A DNA stretch of 63,430 nucleotides, filler included, from Chiloscyllium plagiosum (Eukaryota): NCBI RefSeq assembly GCF_004010195.1. It is 4 parts of one record of this genome, joined end to end, with 100 filler letters (N's around TTAATTAATTAA, not from the genome) between each part and the next. Parts side by side here need not be neighbours in the genome. Positions count along the whole stretch, not along the records: positions 1 to 24,316 come from NC_057716.1; positions 24,417 to 51,380 come from NC_057716.1; 2 more parts are not named here. The stretch is one strand, 5' to 3'. A program made the translations under genes and the position numbers. Positions 12,648 through 25,368 of this stretch are shown piece after piece (the first letter of the stretch is position 1; each line of letters starts with the position of its first letter). The notes under the pieces were generated by a model that ran no database searches, was not told where the DNA came from, and saw only the letters and a list, made by a program, of their open reading frames with translations.

Positions 12648-13980
12648 TTGATGCACTGCATTTCTAGAGCATTTATTTGGCTGAGCTATAACCAGCTACC
12701 CATCACTCAGCAAGACTTTGATCAAACAGGCACCAGAGGAATTTACAAATACACAAAAATGTCATTTGGGTTCTGTCATGCCCCTGCCACCTTATTGTGT
12801 GTGATGGATAAAGCTTTTGGTGATCTTAATTTCCAGTCCCTCCTTGTGTGTCGGGATGATATACTCATCTTCAGTTTGACATTCTGAAAGGAGATTTGTA
12901 ATACGAGGCACTGAATTAAGCTCACTTGTTGAAGTTTAATTTGAAAATCAAACCAGAGAAGTGTCAATTTTTCCAGATAACATTATAGTACCTTGGGCAC
13001 TTCACTAGCAAGGAAGGCATTAGTTCTAATAATGGGAAGATCATTACAGTACAGGAGTGGCCTGGACTTTGATGGTTAGGGACTATAAGAATTAAGAGAC
13101 AATTCAGTCCCTAGAACCTGCTCTGATTGCATCTTGGTCTTAGTTCCACACTCCTGCCTGTTCCCCCTAACCCTTTAAACTGTTACTATTTCAAAAATCT
13201 GTCTATCTCCTCCTTAAATTTAGCCAGTGTCCTGACATCCACCTCACTCTGGGATAGTGAATCCACAGATTCACGATTATTTGAGAGAAGTAATTTCTCC
13301 CTATCTGTTTTAAATCTGTCACCACTTACCCTAAAACTATGACCTTTCATTCTAGATTGTCCCACAGGGGGAACTGTGTGGGCTGTCAGATCTGATTGGT
13401 TACTCTAGGAGGTTTATACTAGGCGTACACAATTGGCTGCTCCAATCCATGATTTGCTGAGAAAATCTAAAGGAGCCATTGGGAAAGGCTGTAGAAAGCA
13501 TGATACTTTGCAGAGCACCATGAGGAGTTGGACCTCAGTATGTGAAGATTTTTTTTGCACCCTCAGGCAGAAGCTTGTCTCATCACTCATCCTTGGTTGC
13601 CCCAGTTTCCGTATCTTTTTCATACTGAAAATCGATGCCAATTTCCTTGGCATTGGAAGGGTGCTGTCACAGGTTCAAGGGTGGAAAGTAGTGGCTATCA
13701 CTTATGCAAGTTGAAGTCTGATGCTGAACAAGAGGAATTTGCAGAATTCCTCCATTGTGAAAACTGCCAACTTTAAATTGGGTCATTTCCCAGAAGTTCA
13801 GAGACATCCTGATTGCTGCAGAGTTGAAATGCTTACAGATAATAACCCATTCAGCTACTTTCAAATATTTACCAAGCTGGGAGCAATTGACTCCCTCTGG
13901 GCCATTGAACTTTCGATTCCAGATCCAGTTCAGGGCAAGTTAAAAATAATGCAAGTACCGATGCCTTTCATCTGAAGATT
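12648..13980 (+). mobile_element. Ty3/Gypsy LTR retrotransposon pol relic (RT, RNase H)
   Basis: MSFGFCHAPAT..GDLNFQSLLVCRDDILIFS (MPFGL.NAP / YLDD), LKIDANFLGIGRVLSQ, LTDNNPFSY; interrupted by a minus-strand CR1 tail at about 13085-13370. Confidence 0.85.
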
Positions 13981-14350
13981 AACAATGGGTGTTGTCAGCT
14001 CAAGCAACAGTGCAAATTCATTTTTCCTCAGTTGCCTGCTGCTTTTCAGACTTCAGCTGCAATCTTAACCATAATTATCTCTAACTTCAATGTAACTCAC
14101 CATATTCATCCTCCTGTTTTACATGGACTTTACACCAATTACTACTCCAATAGATATGATGATAATTTAACCCAGCACTTTCTGATGTAGGTATTTCTTC
14201 AGACCCACAGAAGGCACAAATAGTTTTCTGTGCTTACTTCCCTTGAGTGCAATTTCTTAGCCTGGCTGTGCATGAAGGATGTACAGTTTTGGAAGCAGGG
14301 GAATCAATTTTTAAGCAGAAGGTTGATTTTGTCAAGTGCGCAGGAGAGTA

Positions 14351-14870
14351 AAGACAACCCACCCTCCCATCCTGGCACTTTCCCCTGCCACCGCAGGAAC
14401 TGTAAAACCTGCGCCCACACCTCCTCCCTCACCTCTATCCAAGGCCCCAAAGGAGCTTTCCACATCCATCAAAGTTTTACCTGCACATCCACTAATATCA
14501 TCTATTGTATCCGTTGCTCCCGATGCGGTCTCCTCTACATTGGGGAGACTGGGCGCCTCCTAGCAGAGCGCTTTAGGGAACATCTCCGAGACACCCGCAC
14601 CAATCAACCAAATCGCCCAGTGGCCCAACATTTCAACTCCCCCTCCCACTCCGCCGCCTCCCTGACCGATCACCTTCATCTCCTTGCCCACTGACCTATT
14701 GTACTCTATGCCACTTTCTCCCCACCCCCCCCCTCCTCTAGCTTATCTCTCCACGCTTCAGGCTCTCTGCCTTTATTCCTGATGAAGGGCTTTTGCCCGA
14801 AACGTCGATTTTGCCTGTCCTCGGATGCTGCCTGAATTGCTGTGCTCTTCCAGCACCACTGATCCAGAAT
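14351..14870 (+). mobile_element. Penelope-like element 3' end: GIY-YIG endonuclease and pLTR
   Basis: NIIYCIRCSRCGLLYIGETGRLLAERFREH; followed by a pLTR with a hammerhead motif. Confidence 0.92.
14775..14810 (+). ncRNA. Minimal hammerhead ribozyme motif (family P1)
   Basis: CUGAUGA-A-GGGC(uuuu)GCCC-GAAA-CG-UC; palindromic ACGU helix III; helix I weak. Confidence 0.75.
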
Positions 14871-14964
14871 ACTTTGTTCAAGTCAAACGTGACAAAAGGA
14901 CTACACAGTCTTTTGTTATTTCTATATTGTTTCCAGTCACAAGTTGTACTGATTGAGTTAATAC

Positions 14965-15267
14965 GGAGAAAGTGAGGGCTGGAGATCAGAGTCGAGAATG
15001 TGATGCTGGAAAAGCACAGTGGGTCAGGCAGGTTCTGAGGAGCAGAAGAATTGACGTTTCGGGCATAAGCCCGATGAAAGATGTAAGCCCAAAACACCGA
15101 TTCCTCTGCACCTCGGATGCTTCCTGACCTGCTGTGGTTTTCCAGCATCACACTCTTGACTCTGAGTTTCCTGAAGAAGGGCTTATGCCCGAAACGTCGA
15201 TTCTCCTGTTCCCTGGATGCTGCCTGACCTGCTGTGCTTTTCCAGCAACACATTTTCAGCCCTACTC
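14965..15267. mobile_element. P1 pLTR mini-element, inverted plus tandem copies
   Basis: Minus copy 14965-15070, plus copies 15072-15165 and 15170-15260 (CUGAAGA core at 15171); flanked by tgagttaatac at 14954 and 15268. Confidence 0.85.
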
Positions 15268-15864
15268 TGAGTTAATACACTTGGTTACCATTCTATATGT
15301 TCACTAACTAAACTAAAATAGCTCAATGAATTGTATTTGATCTGGTTTTACCAAGTATTTTCTTGACTCAGCTTTAAAATTGAGGAAGGTTTGTGTGAAA
15401 ACACAATGTCTAATAAGGAAAAGAAACTAACAAAAATAAAGGAAATACAAAAGACTAATACTGAAAATAACAAAAGAATTTGAAACTGTGGATTCCATCT
15501 GGAGAGTGTGGTACAGATTCAGGAGAATGTTACCAGGTTTCTGAGAGCTGAATGATGTGGAGCAACCATTTAATGCAAGCTTGTTATCTTCAGAACATAG
15601 AAATTTAAAGATTCATTTGTTTGAAGTTTTTGGGATGCTCAATGAAAGTAATAAAGTAGATCAATGCACTCTGCCAGTGTTGGAGGTCAGACCAAGGCGT
15701 TGTAAGTTTAAGATTAGGGCCAGGTCATTAGAGGAGATATTAAGAAACACTTTTTCATGCAAAGTTGTTAGAAGTCTGAAATTCACAGTGACAAAGAGCA
15801 ATAGACGCTGATCAATTAATAATTTGATTTTAAGATCAGTAAACATTTGCTAGCCAAGCATGTG

Positions 15865-16160
15865 GGAGACAATGCCGTAGTGATATTATCATTGGACAAT
15901 TAATCCCGAGATCCAGCCAATATTCTGGGGACCTGGGTTCAATGCCCACCATGGCAGATGGTGAATTTGATACTACTGTTGATTGTTGGAAAACCCATCT
16001 GATTACTAATGTCCTTTAGGGAAGGAAACTGCCATCCTTAGCTGGTCTACACCTGACCCACAGCAATGTGGTTGACTCTTAACTGTCTTCTAGGCAATTA
16101 AGGATAGGCAATAAATGCTGTCCCAGCCAGCAATATCCACATCCTGTGAATGAATTAAAA
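15865..16160 (+). mobile_element. tRNA-derived SINE, SacSINE1/DeuSINE-like
   Basis: B-box-like gggttcaatgccc, core cagcaatgtggttgactcttaactg, tail caataaatgctg..cacatcctgtgaatgaat. The family name is from memory. Confidence 0.7.
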
Positions 16161-16697
16161 ATAATTGAAGGATGTGGACTCGAGGGTTGGATGGAGTTAA
16201 GAATGCAGAAGGATATTACTGAATGGCCAGCAAAGCTTGATTCTATCGATGTATACATTCGAGTTATTCATGCTCATTTTTTCTCTTTGATGACATCAGT
16301 TTTGTTCTTTGACTTTTTTTTAAATGAATATGATGTCTTCTATTGTAAATCTTCAGTCTTGTGGTACATTAGTTAGTACAAAGACTTGAAATAGTTTAAT
16401 AGATACGATACAAGCGGCATTGCAGTAGTCCAGAAGGGAAAATAAGAAAAGGTATGAATAGATACTTTCTCCTCCAGCAAATCCTTTTTAATTATGAGAT
16501 ATTCAGAGAGTGATTCATTAATCTATTAAATTATTGAATTAGGGTAATTTTAATCATTCAAGGAAACGCACGTTTTAGATAGCCTGGGTATGCTCGCTGT
16601 TTAATTCCCCACTCAGTTGCTATTGACTGCTATTTTTACACTTTTATTTTGGTAGCTGCACTGACTTACCAGATTCAGACAAGCACCTGATGAATAC

Positions 16698-17030
16698 AGC
16701 ATGGTGGCTCTGTGGTTAGCACTGCTGCCTCACAGTGCCAGGGATCTGGGTTCAATCCCTACCTCGGGCGACTGTCTATGTTGAGTTTGCGCGTTCTCCC
16801 TGTGTCTGCGTGGGTTTCCCCTGGGTGCTCCGGTTTCCTCCCACAGTCACAAAGATGTGCAGGTTAGGTGAATTGGCCATGCTAAATTGCCCATAGTGTT
16901 CAGTGGTGTGTAGATAATGTGCATCATTCATGGGGAATGTAGAGTAATGAGTCTGGGTGGGACACTCTTCTAAGGGTCGGTGTGGACTTGTTGGGCCAAA
17001 TAGCCTGTTTCCACAGTGTAGGGGTTCTAT
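16698..17030 (+). mobile_element. HE1-like V-SINE
   Basis: Head, V-domain and tail as in other copies. Confidence 0.9.
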
Positions 17031-17189
17031 GAAACTTCTATGAAATCCCTTTCATTAGAGCACATTTTCCAGTGCCAGAGATGCAGAATTTCTTGGCAGT
17101 GGCAAGACCTTCTGAATGTATATTTAAAATCCAGCTTCTGATGCTGCAAGCCAGGACCAGCCTGTCACTCTGTTGTGTTCAAGGCTCAA

Positions 17190-18110
17190 CATTGAAGACA
17201 TGACCCTAAAGAAAGGCAGTTCGGCTTCACAGACAGGGGCCTGGAAGTGTTGGTGGGTGGATGGCAGGAAGGAGCGGAGTGCCTTTCCCTTTGGCTGCCA
17301 ACAGGAGGTCACACTGCCAGACCTGGACACAGATGTGCTCTAAGTCAGTGCTGTGTCTTGGGTGAAGCGAGATGGCCAGCAGTGTGGGAACAAGGTCAGT
17401 CATCTTCCCTGCTCTATAACAGTTAGTGCCCCTATCTTCTCTCTGCTGCTTCAAACTACTGCACACACCTCTCACCAATGCTCATGGACCATAACTCTCA
17501 TTATTGCATTCATCATGCTGACTCCACAGCTATCACCCTCCTCATCCTCCAAACTTTTAGCCCTTCCTGTCCTCTGCACTTCTTACTCATTCACTGGTGT
17601 CACCTCCCTTATGAAAGACTGACCTATAGCTGTGCCAACAGGTCCATGGTTCAGCATTTTTGGTTCAGTGATAAGGTGGCAGTAGGAGGCGTCAGGCCAC
17701 TTAGTGCTTGTGAGGAGCAAATCATAAATCTGACCAGAGAAGAGCATGACTGCTCGTCTGGGAATGGGGAATCTCAGTGGTCAGCCAATCTTCACCATGC
17801 TATGCTGCTCATCACTTACCATCAGTGCTTTTTAACCTGCATAACCTTTGTGTATCTTTGACAACCAAATCCTTTTCTTCTCAGCATGCACCAACGGCAC
17901 CTAGTGAACCTCCATAAAGAGGCCTACTCCAGAGAGCCTCAACATTACCTCTATCTCTGAGGATAAAGCCAGTGAACCCCCCGAGATCCACTGGCAAAGC
18001 ATTCTCCATAACCCTCCAGCAGCTCAGAACAGTGTCAGAAACTCTGATCACTGAGCACATCACTGTCATGTCTCCACAGCCTATCGAGGAAAAAACGGCC
18101 CAGGTCTGTG
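17190..18110 (+). mobile_element. PIF/Harbinger-type Myb/SANT-like ORF relic
   Basis: FTDRGLEVLV..*VSAVSWVKRDGQQCGNKVSHL, later PLSACEEQIINL; contains an in-frame stop; may continue at about 19285-19900. Confidence 0.55.
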
Positions 18111-18139
18111 GCTCTTGGAGGACTTATGGGGCGTACACA

Positions 18140-19280
18140 TTGCAAGCTGGGCCAGTATTTATTGCCTGACCCTACTTATCCTTGAGAAGGTCGTGGTGAG
18201 CTGTCATCTTGAACTGCTGTACTCCAAGCTGAAGGAATTCCAGGATGTGAACCCAGTGAAAATGAAGGAAGGGAGATATATTTCCAAATCAGGATGTTGA
18301 GTGGCTTGAAGATGATAGAATTCCCATATATGCTGCCCTTCTCCTTCTAGGTGGAAGTGGTCATGGGTTTGGAAGGTGCTGTCAAAGGATCTTTAGTGAA
18401 TTTTTGCAGTGCATCTAGTATTTAGTACACACTGCTGCTACTGAGCATTGCTGGTGGAGAGAGTGGATGTGGTGCCAATCAGGTGGATTGCTTTGTCCTG
18501 GATGGTGTCAAGCTTCTTGAGTGTTGTTGGGGATGCACCCATTAAGGCAAGTGGGGAGTATTCCATCACACTCCTGACTTGTGCCTTATAGATGGTGGAC
18601 AGGCTTTGAGGAGTCAGAAGGTGAGTTGCTCCTCACAGCATTCCTAGCCTCTGACCTGCTCTTGTAAACCCTGTGTTTATGTGGTGGGTCCAGTTGACTT
18701 TCTGGTCAATGGTAACCTCAAGGATGTTAATAGTGGGGGAATTCAGTGATGGAAATACCATTGAATGTCAAGGGGTGGTGATTAAATTGTTCCTTATTGG
18801 AGATGGTCATTGCCTGGCATTTGTTTGACATGATTGCTACTTGCCACTTGTCAGTTCAAACCTGGATATTGTCCAGATCTTGGTGCATTTGAATATGGAT
18901 TGCTTCAGTATCTGAGGAGTCGCCAATGATACTGAACCTTCTGCAATAATCAGCAAACATCCCCACTTCTGACCATATGATGGAAGGAAGGTCATTGATG
19001 AAGCAGCTGAAGGTGGTTGGGCCAAGGACGTTACCCTGAGGAAGACATGTCCTGGGATTGAGATGACTGACCTCCAACAACCAAGACATCTTCCTATGTG
19101 TCAGGTATAACTCTAACCACTGGAGAGTTTGTCCCCTGATACCCATTGATTCCAGTTTTGTTGGGGCTCCTTGATGCCACATTTAGTCGAATGCAGCCTT
19201 GATGTCAAGGACTGTTACTTTCACCTCATCCCTGGAACTGAACTTTTTTGACTAGCTTCGAAACAAGGTTATAAGGAGGT
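18140..19280 (-). mobile_element. Second CR1-group LINE family (RT and 3' end)
   Basis: WHQGAPTKLESMGIRG..PQGNVLGPTTFSCFINDLP..MFADY; 3' tail matches the SINE at 15865-16160. Confidence 0.85.
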
Positions 19281-20729
19281 CAAGAGCTGCTGGAGATCAG
19301 GCAGCAGCTCAGCCCCAGGCAGAAGATCAGCTAGTAATGATTTTGTCAACTTACACAGATAGGCCCTGGAAGATCCAACAGTTTTGCCAGAGGCTGTCAG
19401 AAGGTTGGATCAAAGAGTGGATGAGTCCAACAATATCCTCTGTTAGATTGAATACACTCAGTGCCTGCTGCATATCATGTGAACCTCCAGCATTCTGCCA
19501 TGGACATTTAGAATGAAGGGGCAGGCTTAGTGGACTGAATAGTCTACTCTGCTCCGGGGGGGGGGGGGGGGGGGGAGCGGTGGGGGATCAAGAGACCTCA
19601 ACATCATTCCCAGGGAGGTAGGGTAGCATTAGCAGGTACCCACATGGAGGAGGAGTCACACACACGCATTCCATGCATTTCTTCTTCGGACACCCCAGAG
19701 ATGCTGGCCCTTCCTCCTTCCCCCTGCCTGTGATCTCAAAGCCAGCAGCAGTTCCACCAGAGGAGAGTGCACCTGTATCTGAGCTGGAGGTTCTGAGCAA
19801 GTCTCTGGGCCCGAAGGCACCAGGGCACACTAGCCAAGTCTCCAGAGCAGCAAGGGGCAGCTACAGAGCAGGGTCCCTCCAGCTCAGCTGCTAGGACCGA
19901 AGGAAAAACATTTGAAAACGTAAGTGAAACATCATTATAAGTAACACTTCATTACTTTCAAATATATGTTCACTTACAGTAGTGATGCCTGCTGGAGTGT
20001 AGTTTTCACTGGTGGACCTGTTAAGTCACAAACCACGTGGGAGATGATTCAGTTCTGAAGCAGGGTTACTGAACTTGAAACTGTAACTGTTTTCTTCTCT
20101 CCATAGATACTGCCAGAGTTTCTCCAGCAATTTCTGTTTTTGTGTGAGAGATGAGCAGCCTGTTCAGACATCCCTAAGGATGAACGAAGTTGCAGTGGTC
20201 AAGTGTTGCTCATCTCCCACAAGTAAATGTCTTGCTGAGTGCAGATCGCCTCTGCTGTCGGTGATTTTCAAACTGCATTGTTGAGCCAAGCTACTTGAAT
20301 GTGGACAAATTTGAGGCAAGGCACAATGTGAAGGGATTGTACTGGGGCAAGGTCCACACACATCTTTCCACACTTCTACCCACCTAATGAATGAGCATGG
20401 GGAAGCAGTGGTAATTCCACACATCGCCACAGGAAAGTTTTCATGTTTCAGCTTTACAAGGAAGTGCAATGCCATTTACACCAGGACAATGTACAATGTC
20501 CAGGTCACATGCCCAATCTCCCCAGTAGTGCTTTTATCTGCTGAGAAAAGCTGCAGAAAGCACTGTAGCTAGCCCTTGCTGGTCAACTCTGCCCCAGAGC
20601 ATGCACCAGCCTGAAACATTGCAGAGTTACTGATGACTGAAGGGCCATAGGAGGTTCCTAAGCATTTCCCTCAACCTGCTAGGTAACATAAGGGACTTCA
20701 CCAAACATCACATAAATATGATATACTGA

Positions 20730-21135
20730 TGGATGGACTGAACGTGTTGTTTTGTGTGCTATACAAACAGATCCAACCTTACAAAGTGCATCCAGGGAGC
20801 AGAACAGAGTGCAGAATTCCATGTTACAGCCACCAAGAAGGTGCAGAGAGAGAAAGATCAGAATTAACAGCTGAGAGATCTGTTCAAAAGTCTGCTAACA
20901 GTGGGAAGGAAGCTGTTCTTAAACTTTCAAACTTGTACATTCTCTGCCCAATAGAAGATGGTGGAAGAAAGTATAACTGGGATGGGAGGAACTTTTGATT
21001 ATGTCGGTTGCTTTCCCGATACCGCTGGAAATGTGTATGGAGTCAATGAATGGGAAGCTGGTTTACATAATGGACTGGGCTATGTTCGTGACTTGCTGTA
21101 GTTTCTTGCATCTTGGGAAAAGCAGTTGCTGTACC
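20730..21135 (-). mobile_element. Rex1/Babar-type LINE 3' end
   Basis: Minus strand gives WYSNC.. and KNSFLPTVSRLLN, resembling the Rex1/Babar C-terminus. Confidence 0.6.
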
Positions 21136-21364
21136 AAAAAGCTGCTGCTTTTTGTCTAATGGTTATGCAAACCATGTTAAATGCTCAAACATGAACATAA
21201 GCCTGCTCAAAGATAGTAGACATACAGTCACATGGGTAATGAGATATTTATTCTGGTGAGACAAAATGTCAAGGTCTGCAAAAATAACCACCTCCACTGA
21301 AATAACAAGGTTCACATGGGATTCTGGGTAATTCAAGATGGAGGATGGGAAAAATTTCTGGCTG

Positions 21365-24316
21365 TAAGAGCTGCTCCTTTTTTTGAGGTATTTTAGGTAC
21401 TGGAGGTGATTTCCTCGAATTCCAGGAGCAGCAATTACTGTTTTATTTGCTGTTGCATTGTTTTGGAACTTTGGAAAAAAAAGTCAAAACAACAGCAGTT
21501 TTAAAAGGGAGAAAAGCAGACAAAGGAAGCACATGGTGAGGACAGTGCAGGAGAGAGAGAGAGAGAGCCTGCACAGTTACTGCCTTTGCTGTTTTTGAAT
21601 TCATGTGTTGCTGGACATCGGAGTGGGAAAATTAACAAACAGTGAATTTCACAACTAATCTTGGAGGAACCATTTTGGGCGAAGTTCACAACACAGAATC
21701 AGATAAGTTCATTGTTGTTTTAAGTCTGTCCAAGAGAAAGGCTGTATTACTGAGTACAGTGGGTTCTTTCTTGATTATATGTTTTTGGAGATAAGTCAAT
21801 TGATTAAACTTAAAATATAAGCCATAGCTCTTAATTTAACCTGGTGCAGTGTTTTGTAGAGGAGTAAGGCGGTGTTATTTTCTGGGTCTGTAGATTGTGA
21901 AGGAGCAAAAATAGCCTTTGCAGTGATATGTACTTGTCAGATGTGGGAGTTTAAAGAGAGTTTAAGGGTTACTGTGGATTATATCTGCCATAAATGCTGT
22001 TGGATGCGAATCTTATCAGATTCAGTGGATCGGTTGGAGAGACAGATAGAAGCGATGAGGAATTTGCAACAGCAACAGTATGTGATGGATGGCAGTTATA
22101 GGAAGGGGGAAAGTCTCAGATACAGTCACATAGATGGGTTAACTCCAGGAAGGGTAAGAGAGGTAGGCACCTAGGGCAAGAGTCTTTTGTGGATATACCC
22201 ATTTCAAACAGGTATGGGGTTTTGGAAAATGTAGTGGGTGATGGATTCTCAGGGGAACGTAGCATGAACAGCCAAGTTTCTGGTATTGAGACTGGGTCTA
22301 ATGTAACGAGGGGTACATCGGCTTCCAAGAGATCAATTGTGTTAGGGGATTCTGTAGTCTGAGTTACAGACAGACGTTTCTGTGGCCAGCAGAGAAAACG
22401 CAGAATGGTGTGTTGTTTCCCTGGTGCCAGGATCAAGGATGTCTCGGAGAGGGTGCAGAATGTTCTCACGGGGCAGAGGGGCAGCAAGAGGTCATTGTCC
22501 ACATTGGAACCAACGATATAGGAAGGGAAAAGGTTGATATTCTGAAGGGAGATTACAGAGAGTTAGGCAGAAATTTAAAAAGGAGGTCCTCAAGGGTAGT
22601 AATATCTGCAATACTCCCAGTGCTACGAGCTAGTGAGGGCAGGAATAGGAGGATAGAACAGATGAATGCATGGCTGAGGAGCTGGTGTATGGGAGAAGGA
22701 TTCACATTTTTGGATCATTGGAATCTCTTTTGGGGTAGAAATGGCCTGTACCAGAAGGACGGATTGCACCTAAATTGGAAGGGGACTAATATACTGGCAG
22801 GGAAATTTGCTAGAACTGCTTGGGAGGATTTAAACTAGTAAGGTGGGGGGGGGGGATCCAGGTAGACAGTGAGGAAAGAGATCAATCTGAGACGGGTACA
22901 GCTGAGAACATAAATGAATCAAACAGTTAGGGCAGGAAGAGACAAGGTAGGACTAATAAATTAAACTGCATTTATTTCAATGCAAGGGGTCTAGCAGGGA
23001 AGGCAGATGAACTCAGGGCATGGTTTAGAAACATGGGACTGGGATATCATAGCCATTACGGAAACATGGATCAGGGATGGGAGCTTAAGCAGGACTGGCA
23101 GCTTAATGTTCCAGGAAAGGTAGAAAGGGAGGCAAGAGAGGAGGGGGAGTGGCATTTTGGATCAGGGATAGCATTACACCTGTGCTGAGGGAGGATATTC
23201 CCGGAAATATATCCAGGGAAGTTATTTGGGTGGAACTGAGAAATAAGAAAGGGATGATCACCTTATTGGGATTGTATTATAGACTCCCTAATAGTCAGAG
23301 GGAAATTCAGAAACAAACTTGTAAGGAGATCTCAGCTATCTATAAGAATAATGGGGTGGTTATGGTGGGGAATTTTAACTTTCCAAACATCGACTGGGAC
23401 TGCCATAGTGTTAAAGGTTTAGATGGAGAGGAATTTCTTAACGTGTGTACAAGACAATTTTCTGATTCAGTATGTGGATGTACCTACTAGAGAAGGTGCA
23501 AAACTTGACCTTCTCTTGGAAAATAAGGCAGGGCAGGTTACTGAGGTGTCAGTGGGGGAGCACTTTGGGGCCAGCGACCATAATTCTATTCTTTTTAAAA
23601 TCATGATGGAAAAGGATAGACCAGATCTAAAAGTTGAAGTTCTAAATTGGAGAAAGGCCAATTTTGACGGTATTAGGCAAGAACTTTCGAAAGCTGATTG
23701 GAGGCAGATGTTCGCAGGTAAAGGGACGGCTGGAAAATGGGAAGCCTTCAGAAATGAGATAACAAGAATCCAGAGAANNNNNNNAAGGAAGCATATGTCA
23801 GGTATAGACAGGATAGATCGAGTGAATCCTTAGAAGAGTATAAAGAAAGTAGGAGTATACTTAAGAGGGAAATCAGGAGGGCAAACCGGGGACATGAAAG
23901 AGCTTTGGCAAATAGAATTAAGGAGAATCCAAAGGGTTTTTACAATTATATTAAGGACAAAAGAGTAATTAGGGAGAGAATAGGGCCCCTCAAAGGTCAG
24001 CAAGGCAGCCTTTGTGTGGAGCCACAGGAGATGGGGGAGATACTAAATGAATATTTTGCATCAGTATTTACTGTGGGAAATAGATGGTGACATCTTGCAA
24101 AATGACCAGATTACAGAGAAGGAAATGCTGGATGTTTTCAAACGGTTAAAGGTGGATAAATCCCTAGGACCTGATCAGGTGTACCCGAGAACTCTGTGGG
24201 AAGCTAGAGAAGTGATTGCATGGCCTCTTGCTGAGATATTTGTATCATTGATAGTCACAGGTGAGGTGTCGGAAGACTGGAGATTGGCAAACATTGTGCC
24301 ACTGTTTAAGAAGGGC
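21365..24316 (+). mobile_element. Near full-length CR1: 5' UTR, ORF1 (Zn finger plus SGNH esterase), ORF2 (APE endonuclease), ends at a gap
   Basis: CTCQMW..CHKC; VLGDS, IVHIGTNDI, DGLHLN; NARG, AITETW, GNFNFPNIDW, SDH; frameshifted. Confidence 0.93.
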
Positions 24317-24416
24317 NNNNNNNNNNNNNNNNNNNNNNNNNNNNNNNNNNNNNNNNNNNNTTAATTAATTAANNNNNNNNNNNNNNNNNNNNNNNNNNNN
24401 NNNNNNNNNNNNNNNN

Positions 24417-25312
24417 CCTTTCTCCAATTTAGAACTTCAACTTTTAGATCTGGTCTTTCCTTTTCCATCACTATTTTAAAATGCATAGAATTATGATCGC
24501 TGGCCCCAAAGTGCTCCCCCACTGAGACCTCAGTCACCTGCCCTGCCTTAGTTCCCAAGAATAGGTCAGGTTTTACACCTTCTCTAGTAGGTACATCCAC
24601 ATACTGAATCATAAAATTGTCTTGTACACACTTAACAAATTCCTCCCCATCTAAACCTTTAACACTATGGCAGTCCCAGTCTATGTTTGGAAAGTTAAAA
24701 TCCCCTACCATAACCACCCTATTATTCTTACAGATAACTGAGATCCCCTTACAAATTTGCTTCTCAATTTCCCTTTAACTATTGGGGGGTCTATAATACA
24801 ATCCCAATAAGGTGATCATCCCTTTATTATTTCTCAGTTCCACCCAAATAACTTTCCTGGATGTATTTCTGGGAATATCCTCCCTCAGTACAGCTTTAAC
24901 AGTATTCCTTAGCAAAAACACCACCACTCCTCCTCTCTTGCCTCCCTTTCTATCCTATCCTTACTGTAGCATTTGTATCCTGGAACATTAAGCTGCCAGT
25001 CCTGTCCATCCTTGAGCCACGTTTCTGTAATTGCTGTGATATCCCAGTCCCCTATTCCCAACCATGCCCCGAGTTCATCTGCCTTCCCTGTTAGGCCCCT
25101 TGCATTGAAATAAATGCAGTTTAATTTATCAGTCCTATCTTGTTCTCTGCTTTGTCCCTGCCTGCCCTGACTGTTTGACTCGCCTTTGTTCTCAACTGTA
25201 CCAGTCTCAGATTGATCTCTTTCCTCACTATTTCCCTGAGTCCCACCCCACCACCTTATAGTTTAAATCCTCCTGAGCAGCTCTAGCAAATCTCCCTGCC
25301 AGTATATTAGTC
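24417..25312 (-). mobile_element. Inverted CR1 segment (ORF1 end to endonuclease)
   Basis: GDFNFPNIDW and SDHN on the minus strand. Confidence 0.92.
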
Positions 25313-25368
25313 CTTGAATAAGCTCCACATTTTAACTGTGCCCATCCCCTGCAGTTTCTCTCTCCATC

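Noticed and set aside
19556..19575. Poly-G run
   Set aside because: Simple homopolymer of unreliable length.
20070..20140. Possible third hammerhead family (also ~6250-6350 and ~8712-8765)
   Set aside because: Core and helices too degenerate to support a ribozyme call.
22410..22838. Esterase as a host or horizontally acquired gene
   Set aside because: SGNH esterase is a known CR1 ORF1 domain and lies directly upstream of ORF2.
24317..24416. TTAATTAATTAA palindrome within N runs (also 51425-51436 and 61861-61872)
   Set aside because: Identical 44N+12+44N layout each time: an artificial six-frame stop linker marking gaps.
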